Counted from the first letter of the stretch, positions 39,648 to 55,745 are shown. The stretch is DNA of 64,000 bases from Octopus vulgaris (GCA_951406725.2 OX597814.1:81840001-81904000); one strand, 5' to 3'. The notes: generated by a model not told the origin, from the letters alone. Translations and numbers: made by a program.

Positions 39648-40042
39648 CATGTATACACAAATATACATAAAAATATGTATATATATATATATATATATTT
39701 AAATCAAATAGGCGTGTATATTTCTATAGAACAGTGATTGAAATTGGACATCTGTTACCCCTCAAGTGATAGTAGAACTATAGTGATCTATAATATTTCT
39801 TTGCCATTGTTATAACCAGTAGGTAACATGTTACAGATTTGTCACTCTTTTTTCCATGAGTCTATTAAAATAGTTCAAGTTTATTGAATCTATCGTCCAT
39901 TTCATTGTCCGCCTTCCTGTTCACACACGCGCGTGCGCGCGCACGCACATATACGCACACATGTACACACGTACAAAACGTACACACAGACATATGCGCA
40001 TACACGCACGCGCGTATTCATACATACATACACACACACACA

Positions 40043-40094
<52 letters not shown>

Positions 40095-40182
40095 ATTCAT
40101 AAATGAGAATCAGCTATTCTTCGTATAGAATACACTTAGTACTCGAGAGATTTAAACTTGAACGGGTATAGAAGCAAATGTA

Positions 40183-40297
<115 letters not shown>

Positions 40298-40540
40298 GAT
40301 CGATCTATCTATCTGTCAGTCTGTCTGTCTGTCTGTCCGTCTATCTATTTATCTTTCTCTCTATCTATATATATATATTGTTGATGTAGGTCTTCGACTT
40401 TTTTAGTTGCAAGGGTTTTTTCACTCCAATATTTGCACGCTGGTGTGCTTCGAGATATACTATTCCAAAAGGAATTATAACTATATACATACACGTATAT
40501 ACATATATTTGTACGTGTGTGTGTGTACGTGTGTGTGTGT

Positions 40541-40613
<73 letters not shown>

Positions 40614-40872
40614 CGTGCGTGTACGCGTGTGCGTGTACACGTGTGTCTGTGTGTGGAGACTGGACGTCCGTGAGAAATTTTGCAATGCGGGACAAGATTG
40701 CTTTTGGGGTCTGAAAAAGAACTCTCTAAAAATTTAAACGCAATAATGTTTTACCTTTCTTTCTTTCTTTCTTTTTGCTTTTTGCACAAATGGTTCTGAT
40801 AATTACTCACTAGGTTTTCTGAGCTTCGAACCGATACTCCGCCCGAATCCACTTCTCATATAAACTCTGTAC

Positions 40873-40969
<97 letters not shown>

Positions 40970-43344
40970 ACACACACACACACACACAAACAACACACAC
41001 ACAAACACACACATACACACACACACACATACAGACACACACGCACACACCTACATACATGAATATATATGCACATATATGTGTGTGCAAATTTTAGGGT
41101 TGCGGTCACTGCTTCCTTAAACTGGTTTTGTTTACAAGAGTGTATAATTTCGATTCCCGATATAATCACAAATACACAAATCTCAGAGGCATTTGTAATC
41201 GATTAAATTGATTTTTAATACAGCCTCGTCGTCTTGGATAAATCTAAAGAAGGGTGTTGTCGTATATATCTACCTCAGTATTTGATTAGCACTTCAGATT
41301 TACCGCCAGAGAAGCTTCAGAGGCAAAGTTGGCCCAGGAACGGGAAGATACATAACTAAATACCGCAAAGCATTTTATTCAACGCTTCGAAATATTCATC
41401 ATTTCGAAAAAATATAAAATAAATAAAATAAATGATTTTTAAGTTTGACTCAAGGACTGAAATATGCATGGAAGCTCCTAAATGTGACTGAATCAAGAAT
41501 TTGCTTTTTCGGAGTGAGCACTTCTCCGTTTTTGTGATTAAAAAATTTTTATTTTATTTTTAATTAATTAATTAATTTATTATTATTTTCTTTTCGTTAA
41601 GCGGGGGCTTTGGAATGTCGATACCAGTAAGTATCAAGAGTTGACAAAATGTCTGTATTTTTAATCATAATTTATTTTCGTGAAAAACTTTCCTTGAGTT
41701 TTGCGGCTTCTCTAAAGGGACAATAATATTTAATAAAAAAAGAAAGAAAAGGAAATAACACTGAATATCACTTACACCAGAAAATGCTGGTATAATTTAT
41801 AAATACGTAATACAAATTTAGAAAAAGAATAAACACAAAAAATGACAATCATGCATACTCTCAAGTATAGACAATCACAATTTGACACCTGAAAATTCGA
41901 ACATACGCGTCATAAAGAAAATTATTAAGTAGAACAACCATGCACACTTTTAAGCGATCACCAAAGGTACAAACTAACAGCAGCTCTTTTGCTGGTACTA
42001 TAAACTAAAGGAAGCTTTTGACACGAATGGAATTCAGTGAAAGAATGAAGTGTGGTAGTGGTATGTCGCAAAGGGGTGTGCGTTCTTGCTTGAGGAATTT
42101 ATCAATGAGTCGGCGATGAAGGTGATAAATATCTACTTCTCGAAAACCAGATGGAGCCAATTCATACCTTCAAAAGACCAGTTTAAAAGATCTCGAAAGT
42201 ATATTGATAGGAGTGGAACGTATGAAAGTGTGTGGCTGGTCGTATGAACTAAAGACGATACCAGAAAGCAGGCTGAACTAAAGTGTCACGCTCCTGTCCA
42301 TAAGCTGGTGCTGCAATACATGGGACGACGAAACACGGGAATTACAGCTAGTGAGTGACATTGGAGGGAGGCGGTGTTGGCCCATAGGTCGTTATCACTT
42401 TTACAGTACAGTATGTGCATTTAGTGACTGTTGAGGTGACAAAATGGTGTGATCACATAACATATTGAACCTGATAACCACCTATGACCCTATTGTCGGT
42501 ACAGAGAGAAAGGCGTTAAAACTGGTTGTATAGGGAAGGGAGCTCAGCTGTTACACGATCTGCTTTAAGAGTCACATGATCCTTTATGCAGCACGTATGG
42601 CAGAGAAGAGGAAGCAAATAACAGCGGAGATAAGAGAAATAGAAATAATGCGTCCAAGGAATTGCTGTTTCCAGTGAATCATGAGTTGAATCTCTGAGGA
42701 TAGCGACTCTGAGGTTGCTAGGAGCCGTCCATAACCAGTAGCACTACACTTTTGTTAAATTATGATCAGGTGGAGATGGGGTGTGACAAGGGTGTTAGAG
42801 AAAAATAAGAAAACAATATATCACTTTTACAATAAATAAATAAAAAACGTGAACCCAGGCTGAAAGTGAGAAAGACTTGTGAGGAGGAATTCATTTCCTT
42901 TTAGGACTGTATTAAGTTCACTGTCTTTCGAATAGTCCAGGCCAAACTGATGAACACTCTGATAGAACTGAAGGGAAAAGCAAAAAGGAAGAAGAAAAGA
43001 TAATGCGCAGATTGAGGAAGGGATAGGCTTCGACTAGGCGGAACCCGCAAATGACTGACTACTAATAAGAATCAATTTAACAGTCTATGAGCAGTTATGT
43101 CTTAACCACCAGGTGGAAGTGGACCATTTCTCATTCATTCTGACACCTGAGTTGGTCACAGGAACTTTCGGGATTGAACATTTTGAGTACACAGAAATAG
43201 AACGAGGTCAAAGTCATGGGGTGTGTCCTGATCACACCCAGCTAATCAAACCTTTGTATAGGTGGTTTGCCTTTATTTGTTTTTTTCATACATACATACA
43301 TACATACATACATACATACATACATACATACGCATATACATACG

Positions 43345-43843
43345 TACGCTGAACTATTAAGGAATCTACAGCTACGTTATCCAGATTATAAGTTCAGCTT
43401 TATACCAAAAATTACTGGAGCACTGGGATATGTACACACTTCCTAAATACCAATCTTGAGAAATTAGACTTCTCAAAACCAGAACGGAGAAAGCTGATTC
43501 AAGGACTATAGATCCAAGCCACCGCTGGAACTCTAAAAATCTGTAAAACTTTCCAGAAGTTTATCATTTAAGTATATATGAGCATGTCTAGATATGCAAC
43601 TATATGCATGAGAATATATACATAAAACAAATCATACAAATCTGCACATATACATACATACATACATACATACATACATACATACATACATACATACATA
43701 CATACATACATACGTACATACATACATACGTACATACATACATACATACAGTCATTCAAAAACAACCCGTGAGCCTTCGATCTTGGTTAGAAACTGCTTC
43801 TTTCTCTATTGGTAAAAAATCTTTAAATAAAACTGAATAATGA
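43345..43843 (+). mobile_element. 3' end of an R4/Dong-like non-LTR retrotransposon (restriction-like endonuclease tail) within (TACA)n
   Basis: YAELLRNLQLRYPDYKFSFIPKITGALGYV, frameshift, LNTNLEKLDFSKPERRKLIQGL*IQATAGTLKICKTFQKFII*; 3' UTR with AATAAA running into (TACA)n. Confidence 0.72.
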
Positions 43844-43845
43844 CA

Positions 43846-43876
<31 letters not shown>

Positions 43877-43925
43877 TGTATACTTTACTTATCTTTATAT
43901 TAACAATTTTTAATTTAGTTCTACA

Positions 43926-44298
43926 CTAGCAGTATCGCCCGGCGTTGCTCAGGTTTGTAAGGGAAATAACTACAAAGCATTTTTAGAGAGTTATAGCCAA
44001 AAAATAGAAAAAAAATGATGGTAAATTTTTTTGAGAGTTAAAACAGGTGGAGTTGCGTCCCCTAGACGGTCTGTGGTTTGGGTTTCTCATTCTCGACCCC
44101 ATGTCGAATTTATCGATTTTTTTCAGAACTGGGGGAACTTTTCAAAATTTTCGCTGCGTTAGTTTTGAATTATGACATTGGGCTATGTGTGTGTCAAGTT
44201 TCATCAGAATCGGTTGAAAGCCGTGGTCAGAGTGAGGGTACGAGAAAACAGACACACAGAAACACGCACAGACAAACTGCCGTTTATATAGAGAGAGA
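43926..44298 (-). mobile_element. Non-autonomous Helitron
   Basis: Minus strand A|TCTCTCTCTATATAAACGG ... CCTGAGCAACGCCGGGCGATACTGCTAG|T. Confidence 0.85.
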
Positions 44299-44471
44299 TT
44301 TAAGAGATGAGGAATTATGCACATTGTTTACATTATTTACATTTGACGGATATTTGTCCTCATCTTGTTTGTTGTTAACATAGCGTTTCGGCTGATATAC
44401 CCTCCAGCCTTCATCAGGTGTCTTGGGGAAATTTCGAACCTGGGTTCTCATTCCTAAGGTATTTTTCGATG

Positions 44472-44533
<62 letters not shown>

Positions 44534-44631
44534 GGGCATATCGCGTAGTGGTTAAGAGCGCGACTACTAACCCCAATATTCCGAGTTCGATTCCAGGCAG
44601 TGACCTGAATAATAATAATAATAATAATAAT
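44299..44631. mobile_element. Second copy of the tRNA-head/hammerhead element
   Basis: HHR arm on the minus strand (44377-44422, canonical CTGATGA), (ATT)n, tRNA-like segment 44534-44608 on the plus strand, then (AAT)n. Confidence 0.75.
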
Positions 44632-44697
44632 ACTCTGTGATATTTTTGCAGCTTTAATAAAAAGTATGTATATAATATATATATATATACATATATC

Positions 44698-44748
<51 letters not shown>

Positions 44749-45510
44749 CGCGCGTGCATGCGCGTGTGTAACGTACAATATATGGCTGTATATAGTTGGA
44801 TGGTAATTACAAAAATAGCTTTAATAGACCAGGCTACAAACCACATTGTAAGTCAATACGTAAGAGAATAACGTGGAGTCCTATATAGATGAAATCCGAC
44901 TCTACATTACACTTCTATGTATGAGTTTACTATGTGGTGTGTAGCCTGGTCCACTAGAGGAGGTTTTTTTTGTGATTAGCACCGGAATTATATAAATGAA
45001 TTTATTGTGGTCTACTTGTTTATTTCCTAAACGCTAAAGTGCTTAACTGATAATGATGGAGAGAATATGAGAATATACATTGATGAATCGCTGAAAGATA
45101 TTCCTATCTCGCGACAGGAAGAATTTATTAAACCTCTCATCCATATGTGTGTGTGTTTTGATCAGACCCGGCTAGGACGACTGGATACAGGTGTCTGGTT
45201 GATGAGAGGGATGAAACATCGAAGGACCTTCCAGTAATATCATGACAGTGTGTCTAGGTGCACCACAAGACAATATATATGACAAAATATGCATACTTAC
45301 GCATAGATAGGTACAAACATAATTGCATAATTATACACACTCATAACTTACAAGTAGGCAATCAAGGATATACACATACCTACATTCATACAGTTATAAA
45401 TACGTATACATGTGTGTATGTGTATGTCTGTGTGTGTGTATGTGTGCGGATATATATATATATATATATATATACATACACACATACACATATATATGTT
45501 TATATATATA

Positions 45511-45652
<142 letters not shown>

Positions 45653-45719
45653 TTTGTGAAATTTGATTTAGTATTTCTAAATTGAATTTTTCCCTGTAAG
45701 TTTGGAATAATATTCCTTC

Positions 45720-45879
<160 letters not shown>

Positions 45880-46018
45880 CATACATACACATTTACGTAC
45901 ATACATGGATATTTGTATATTATAAATGCATATGTATATACATACACATATACATACCTACATGGCAATTTGTATATTATAAATATGTATGTATATACAT
46001 ACACATATACACACACAA

Positions 46019-46050
<32 letters not shown>

Positions 46051-46076
46051 GCAAATATATACATATACATACATAT

Positions 46077-46166
<90 letters not shown>

Positions 46167-46522
46167 GTATATATATATACATATATGTACACGTATCTGT
46201 GTATAGATTAAAATGTTTATATGTGTGTTTGTGTAGTAAAAGAAAAGGAAAATAAAGAACGCTTCTAACAATGCAGAAAGTTTAACAAAACCCTTTATAT
46301 TTCAGGCGCAAAGGCCCATCAGAAGAAGAAAGCAGGCCAGTAAATGTTTTGTCGCATCGATTTTATTATCTCTAACTTTTTGCTCAAAATATAACAAAAT
46401 ATAGCTTTATATATATATATATATATGCACTCATTTTAATCTATTTAAAACAAATTCAGATATAATACAGCAAAACTGTAACCACATAATTGCTTATATG
46501 TATGAATGCACAATCTTTACTG

Positions 46523-46675
<153 letters not shown>

Positions 46676-47194
46676 CTCATCTCTCAATATGTGTGTATGT
46701 ATAAGTGTACACTCAAACATATACACATACACAGGCACGCTCATACGTATATATATATATGCGCGTATATTATGCCTTCTGCCAATGCATAGCACTACTA
46801 ATATTTAGTTGTTAGAACCCAATATATTTGTTTTACACTAAACTAGCTGGTTAGTACAGTGTTAGTACAGTATGTATGTGTTTAATGATGTAAGCATACC
46901 TATATGTATATATATATGTATGTGTGAATGTATGTAAGCATGAATATATGTTTGTGAGTATGAATATATGTATGTATATCAATGGCTTTCTCCCGAAAGT
47001 CTGTGAGCTAGTGTATTTTTGCAAGATTTATGTTAAGCTAAACAGCAACTACATATATCAGGGACTAACTTATAAGTTCTCACGTGTATTCTTAAATTTA
47101 TATATATCATATTTTTTTTTTTTACTTTTGAAGGATATATGAACACAAACTGATACATAGATACATTCACATGATCACTTCCATGTATGTATAT

Positions 47195-47421
47195 CTTTTA
47201 CTCTTTTACTTGTTTCAGTCATTTGACTGTGGCCATGCTGGAGCACCGCCTTTAGTCGAGCAAATCGACCCCAGGACTTATTCTTTGGAAGCCTAGGACT
47301 TATTCTTTTCCCGAACCGCTAGGTTACGGGGATATAAACACACCACCATCGGTTGTCAAGCGATATACATACACACACACATACATACATACATACATAC
47401 ATACATACATACATACATACA

Positions 47422-47493
<72 letters not shown>

Positions 47494-47652
47494 TACAACG
47501 GGCTTCTTTCAGTTTCCGTCTACCAAATCCACTCACAAGGCTTTGGTAGGCTCGAGGCTATAGTAGTAGACACTTGCCTAAGGTGCCATGCCGTGGGACT
47601 GAACCCGGAACCATGTGGTTCGTAAGCAAGCTTCTTACCACGCAGCCGCTCC
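47195..47652 (-). mobile_element. tRNA-derived SINE family A, full length
   Basis: Head aggagcggctgcgtggtaagaagcttgcttacgaaccacatggttccgggttcagtccc, with internal microsatellite and family tail. Other fragments at 23170, 23760, 35390, 54910, 56620, 57600, 58150, 59620 and 62070. Confidence 0.85.
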
Positions 47653-47684
47653 TACTTCTTATATATATATTTATTTACATACAT

Positions 47685-48025
47685 TTATAAATTTGCTTTG
47701 CAGCATTCCTGATGTGAAACTGTGTTGAAACAGATATATTTCGGGATGGTCATTTTTGTTTTTTGACAAATAAACACACGCGTTATATATTTGTTCTTCA
47801 TTTGTTTATTACTGTTCTTAGAGAAGTGCCTAAGCGGAGCAGGAGGATACATGTGAATAGAAAGAGTCGCTGAAGAGGTCACAAATGTGTGACGAAAGAT
47901 TTCCAGGCAATGTACATAAGATAAAAGAAGAAAAGTAATAAACGAGTGACGAACGAATATATAGTGCGTGTGTTTATTTGACAAAAAAAAAAAACGAAAC
48001 AAAACCATTCCGAAATATAACAATA
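47685..48025. mobile_element. Hammerhead-bearing fold-back element
   Basis: Inverted arms 47738-47815 and 47930-48016. HHR core CTGAAGA-G-GTCAC-AAATGT-GTGAC-GAAA at 47870-47897. Confidence 0.68.
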
Positions 48026-48231
48026 TATGTGTGCGTGTGTGTATTTTGATATTTAGGCACTGCAAATGTAATTCTTTACCCAAATAAAAAGCCCTTCATA
48101 TTCGAGGCTCCTATGAAGCTATAAGTCGTTACTCAGGCACTCAACTATGAATTAACTGCATCTTATATCAGAAACAGCTGTAAGCTAATGAAGTCCATAA
48201 GATAATTGTTTATTACTTTATCATTTCTTTT

Positions 48232-48375
<144 letters not shown>

Positions 48376-48408
48376 TATACATACATACATATATATACAT
48401 ATATATAT

Positions 48409-48546
<138 letters not shown>

Positions 48547-49168
48547 TATGTATGATATTTTTTGTGTGTATATATGTATGTAAAAACATATATGAGGAGG
48601 CAAAATGCCATTGTTCTTGTCGCGATTCCATTCAGAAACTTTCTCCGAATTATTCTAATAGTCACACACGAAAAATTTTTTACATTCAAACTGCATAATA
48701 GTTGGATTATTTGAGAGATGAGAAAATTATCAGAAACAATTAAATTTGAGAGAAAATGATGATAAAACACACAAACAATTATTCAATAATTCATTCTCAC
48801 ACACAAACATATACACACAAAAGTACACGTAATTTCTTTAACACAAAAGTACACGCAGTAACACACACAGACACATGTTACTATTCGCATTTTGTTCAAA
48901 GAAAAAACTATAAGCCGAAATGTTTTCGTGCTTTGTTTCATACGATTTGAAAAAAAAACATCTCGAAAGAAAAATTGTAACATCTTTAAATTATATTCAA
49001 ACTATACACACCTGAACAGTAAATTAATTCCACTCAGTTGAATTTGCACATAAACATTTTGCATGAATGAGCATTTAATGATTGTGGTTAACAATATCAA
49101 CCAGTAGGTGATTAAGTTAGACATGACGTAAGGGACATAGGGAGTTACACCCCCCTCCCACACACACA

Positions 49169-49897
49169 GAGGGTGCGATGAATAAACTTGTCTAAGTTAC
49201 ACAAAAATAACACTGACATCTCATTTTAACAGATATATTTACCAAAATTACATAAAAACATCTTGAAATACTAAAGAGTAAATTCATTCAACAAAATTGC
49301 TTCGGAATCTCCAGTAACTCTTCTGGACAGTCTCCTTGTTTAAGTTGATGAATGTTGCTATAATCCTTGCTTTCAGTTCATCTTTGGTGTTATAAGGAGT
49401 TTTATTGGCCTCTCTCTCAACTGCGCCCCACATATAATAATCAAGGGGATTGCAGTCTGGGGAGTTAGATGGCCAGATGTTAGGGGTGATGTGGTCGTAG
49501 AAATTGTCTGGCAGCCGTAGAAATGACTGGGTTCCCCTGCTTGTGTGGCATGGTGCAGAGTCTTGTTGCCAGACATAGGGTCTTCCAGCAGCCACCCTCT
49601 TGACCCAGGGCAGCACTACCTCCTCCAGGCACTTGATGTAGGCCTCCGTGTTGAGTCTGAGGCCGTGTGGAAGGGTGAATGGAGGCATAACATTGCCATC
49701 ACTAGTGATCAAACCAAACACCATAATGTTGACTGGATTCTTGATTGACACCCAAACACTTTGAAATGGAGCTTCCGGCGCGAATTGCAAGCAGTACAGC
49801 ATGTCGTTTCCAAATTTCTGGAAGAGGGAATTGCGTCATGGTGCTGATTTGGTCACAGACGGTGCCCAACTGACCCTACTATACTGTGTTGTCGACA
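49169..49897 (-). mobile_element. maT (DD37D family) transposon with internal deletion
   Basis: IMVFGLITSDGNVMPPF...WQQDSAPCHTS...WPSNSPDCNPLDYYMWGAVE; TIR remnant agggtgcgatgaataaa; paralog of 15215-16404. Confidence 0.88.
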
Positions 49898-49993
49898 GTG
49901 TATATATATATATATATATGTATGTCCATGTATGTCCATGGTTAAACATAGGTAATACACCGGTAGAGTAATGGATACTTCTATCTCTCAGAC

Positions 49994-52223
49994 CATGGGT
50001 CCCCGAAAATACGGCCCGCGACGGCAATTTGTCCGGCCCCCCGACGTATGCTGAAAAAAATAAACATGCTTTTATACTGCTTCTTACACTTCTTAGATTA
50101 CGCACGTCGTATGTATACTGAGTCAGTCACGTCACGCGCTATGTATTTTGCGCGCCACAATAATTACTACAGTACATCACGTGTGCCTCGGGCTAGTCAG
50201 TTATTAGTGATTACAATTAAAACGAGAATATCTGAGTTGATGATGAATGCCGCATTTTCAATAAAGAATGGGGAGAAAAGTACTTCTTTGGGGTAACAAA
50301 CAACCAGAAAGCTAGTTGCCTGATATGCAACGAAAGTGTTGCTGTTATGAAAGAGTACAATATTTGCTGTCACTACGAAGCAAAACATCTCTCAACTCAT
50401 TTTAAATATTCTGGAAAATTGCGGTCCGAGAAATTTGAATCTTTGAAACGTAGTTTGGAATATCAAAGGAATTTCTTTTCGAAAAAGTCTGTTGAAAACG
50501 AATCTATCACTCATGTAAGTTGCAAAATAGTGAATAAGTTGGCAGAGCGAGGAAAAACCATTTACTGACGGGAACTTTATAAAAGAGTGCATGATGGAAG
50601 CAGCAAATGACTTGTATCCTGAAAAAGCTAAGATGTTTGGCTGTATCAAACTTACAGCAAATTCAGTTGTGCGGAGAATAGAAGAACCTGGAAAGAATAT
50701 ACAGTAACAGATACATGAGAAAGCTATGGAATTTTTGTGGTATTCTCTTGCAATGGATGAATCTATTGATCTCTCTAGTACGGCACAATTTCTTGTGTTC
50801 ATTCGTGGTGTTAATTACAACTTATAGAAAAAATGGCATCCGTTTGCAGTGTTCATGGAACAACAACTGGAGAAGATATTTTCACAGAGGTGCAGAAAAC
50901 TTTGCAAAACTATAACCGTCAATGGAATCAGTTTTGGTGTGTTACAGTCGATAGAGGAAAAAAACATGGCAGGAGTGCGGAAGGGTTTGGTAGGGCGGAT
51001 CCAGACCAAGATGGCGGAACTTTAACTTCTGAAAGCTCTGTTTATACACTGCATTATACACCAGCAAGCACTCTGTGGAAAACAGATATTTCTTGCTACT
51101 AAAACCGGTTACAACTGTGGTGAACTTTATTCGGAATCATGGGTTTAATCACCGACTGTTCCAGGCTTTCCTTGAAGAAATGGATTCTAATTCGGTGACT
51201 TGCCTTACTACAAAGAAGTGAGATGGCTTAGTTGCGGTAAAGTCCTGTTTCGTTCTTATAAGCTTCGATTAGGAACAGATCTTTTTCTCGCCAAAAAGAA
51301 TAAAGCTGATTCACAGCTGTCAGATCCTTCATAGTTATCAAAGTTGTCATTTTTAGTTGACATCACTTCTCATACGAATGAATTGAATTTAAAACTGCAA
51401 GGAAAGAATAACCTTGCCTATGATCTCTATAGAATTATTACAGTATTTCGGGAAAGTTATCATTGTTTGAAGCACAACTTGAAGGAGGAAACTGCTCTCA
51501 TTTTCAGTGTTTTCAAGAGTTTTGCACAGAAAATGTGGAACATGTTAACCTCGAGTTTTAGAAAAAAATTATTCGGGTCTTAAATAAGCATTTTTCTTAA
51601 AGATTTTCAGAGCTTGACAGAATTGAGAATAAAATTCTTTTGTTTGAGAATCCCTTTGGCTGTTATCTTGATAACATGTCAACTGAACTACAACTGGAGC
51701 TTATTGACTTGAAGCTAATACCTTGTTGAAAGAGAAGCGCAGAGAAGGAAAACTCATTGAATTTTATCGCTGTTTGCCTGCTGATGAGTTTTCAAAATTG
51801 AAAAAATTTGCTCCAGGTATGGCATCAGTTTTTGGAACAACTTATGTTTGTGAGCAAATTTTTTCAAAAGTGAAGTGTGTTAAGTCAATACATCGAACAA
51901 GATTCACTGATGAACATTTGAAAGCAATTCTTAAGGTTCGCTGCAGCAATCATAAAGCAAATGTTGATATTTTGGAAGCAAAACTCCAGTTTTACAAATG
52001 TCATTAACTTTTGTGCTGCTTACGTTTTATGCAATTCAGCTAAGTGCACCCTTTTTATAAAAATTCTAAATGGTAATATTTAGGTATTATTAAAATATGT
52101 TTATTGTTTTTATTATTCTGTGTATTCTATATTGTACTGAATTGAACAAAATATTTGTCCGACACGCGCTTGGTATTCTGAGAGCTATATCTGGCCCACT
52201 ATAAAAAAGTTTGGTGACCCCTG
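49994..52223 (+). mobile_element. Decayed full-length hAT transposon (Buster/Charlie, GTF2IRD2-like transposase)
   Basis: TIRs CATGGGTCCCCGAA and (reverse complement) CAGGGGTCACCAAA. Fragments include CLICNESVAVMKEYNICCHYEAKH, SLAMDESIDLSSTAQFLVFIRGV, IHCIIHQQALC, EVRWLSCGKVL and FGTTYVCEQIFSKVKCVKS. Many frameshifts. Confidence 0.9.
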
Positions 52224-52494
52224 CCTCGTTGCTATTATGTTAAACTGCCATATGTCCAAATTTGACCAAATGCGTTAATTGCAATATTTATTTTTGCTTG
52301 CAATAGCCGGTTCTTTTGGCCAAACTATCGTATCTCCATCTTTAGATGTCACGATACCAAAAGTTGTTAAAATGTAGTACAACAATTTTGCTATGGAATT
52401 GTGAAACTATTTTTTCGTTTTCAAATATGTCAACGTTCTGGACTTAAAAACTTTGGCATAATAGCAACGATATATATATATATATGTATATATA

Positions 52495-53382
<888 letters not shown>

Positions 53383-53863
53383 ATACATATACGTGTATGT
53401 ATATACATACATATATACACATTTATATATACATGTATATATACATATATATAAACAAACACACAAATATGTCGATGTGTTGGTGTGTGTGTATTATATA
53501 TATATATGTATATGTATATATATATATACGTACATACGCACACATACACACGCACACAAATCTTCTACGACTAACCTGTTAAAAAGTAAAAATAAATATG
53601 TGTGGGTGTGTGTGTGTTTGTGTGCATGTGTGTAAGTATACATTATAAACATATATGTATATGTACATGATGTAGTCCCAATAATAATAAACAGATACGA
53701 GATGTCGGGCGTAGCTCATTTTTCAGAGGGACTGGTAAAGGGCTTTAAACAACAATAACATTACACATACATATATACATATATATTTAAGGGGTTATAA
53801 CTTACAACTGTTCGTGCTATAATATGCGATACACTCATTGTTGAGTGCTTGTGTATTGTTGAG

Positions 53864-53997
53864 TAGTATTTCTCAAACGCTTTACCCACGCGTAACCCTT
53901 AAAATATATTACATGTCCCAAGGAACCCCTGCCCCCCAAAAACAATTATATACCATATCGTTCTCATATTTCTTTCATCGTAGTTCACGTGGTAAGT

Positions 53998-54038
<41 letters not shown>

Positions 54039-54496
54039 ACTTAACACTCGTGACTGTTACCTCCCGTGTTTTTTCTGCCACTTTTTACAGCACCACTGAA
54101 GTGTCCTCTCCAGTTTTGCGCAGGCCTGGGCTAGAAATAAAGAAAGTCCTGGGTAGCTAAATCGTCAGGATTCCTCTCTCGACCTTGCTGATGTAGTCCA
54201 AAGGCGTCCAGAGCATTACGTTTGGCACCAGCTTGGTTGCAGGAGCTGCCGGAAGAGTGTCGAGTCGAACACTAAACCATGTATATATATGGTTGTTATA
54301 TCTCTTGATAGCATAATAGGTTAGATAAGATGATGTCAATATTACAATATTACAATAACCAATAATATGTTGTGCATGTATAATAATATTACGATCATGA
54401 AATTAGCATTAGCTTATCTCACTCTTTCTCGGGGAACCCCTAGGAAACTTTACCGGAATATTAGGGTTCCGGAAAAACACCGGTTAAGAAACGCTG
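53864..54496. mobile_element. Probable hAT MITE, interrupted
   Basis: Ends tagtatttctcaaac and (reverse complement) cagcgtttcttaacc; subterminal ggaacccct motifs. Confidence 0.4.
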
Positions 54497-54629
54497 CGAT
54501 AGAGATTCTTCGGAGTTACAAAAGTGAAGTGTAACTAAATTTGGGAAAACATTCACATGAATGGAAAACATCACCAAAATATAGAATCTACATGTTTCTG
54601 GAATAATATTTTTTGTTATAATATTTTTG

Positions 54630-54751
<122 letters not shown>

Positions 54752-54762
54752 TTATATATATA

Positions 54763-54813
<51 letters not shown>

Positions 54814-55047
54814 ATATATGTATGTATGTATGTATACACCAAACGCACGAAACTCTCACACTTTAGTCACTCTATTACTTCTGATACACACACACACATA
54901 TAGGATATATATTCTTTTATTCTTTTACTTGGTTCAGTTATTTAAGTGCGGCCATGCTGGACCGCCGCCTATACTCAAACAAATCTACAAATTGTTTGTT
55001 AGCCTAGTACTTATTCTATCGGTCTCTTTGGCCGAACGGCTAAGTTT

Positions 55048-55081
<34 letters not shown>

Positions 55082-55298
55082 CGTGTGTGTGTGTGTGTAT
55101 GAAATATAGACAGAGAGATTGAACATATGAGTGATTATAAAGAACCCACTCATATATAAATATATAGACATATATGTACATACATAAATAAATATATACA
55201 TACATACACATACATATATGTATATATACACATATATATATGTGCGTGTGTGTGCAAATGTATATGTGCATATGCATAGATCAATGTACGTATATATG

Positions 55299-55342
<44 letters not shown>

Positions 55343-55369
55343 TATATATACATACATACATACATACAT

Positions 55370-55408
<39 letters not shown>

Positions 55409-55409
<1 letters not shown>

Positions 55410-55632
55410 TTTATTTTAAGCAGCAGAAAATTCAACAAAATCTGTTACTCTGAGTTTCTCGTTGCCGTTCATCAGACCTGCCGTTCATCAGGTCTGATGA
55501 ACGGCAACGAGAAACTCAGAGTAACAGATTTTGTTGAATTTTCTGCTGCTTAAAATAAAGCATATTACTCTACCACTGGTATTTGAGTACTCTTTTTTCC
55601 ACCTTGTTTCACATTTATGTGTTTACTCCGGT
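55409..55632 (+). mobile_element. PLE-terminus element with head-to-head hammerheads
   Basis: CTGATGA-ACG-GCAA-CGA-GAAA-CTC-A-GAG-TA-ACAG at 55494-55527, with its inverted copy at 55442-55475; lies in (TA)n. Confidence 0.8.
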
Positions 55633-55700
55633 ATATATATATATATTATATATTATATATACTTATATATATATACACACACACAATATACATATATGTA

Positions 55701-55745
<45 letters not shown>

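Noticed and set aside
41940-43260. Possible decayed LINE or host exons
   Set aside because: Complex sequence, but I could not recover a convincing protein motif; it needs BLASTX.
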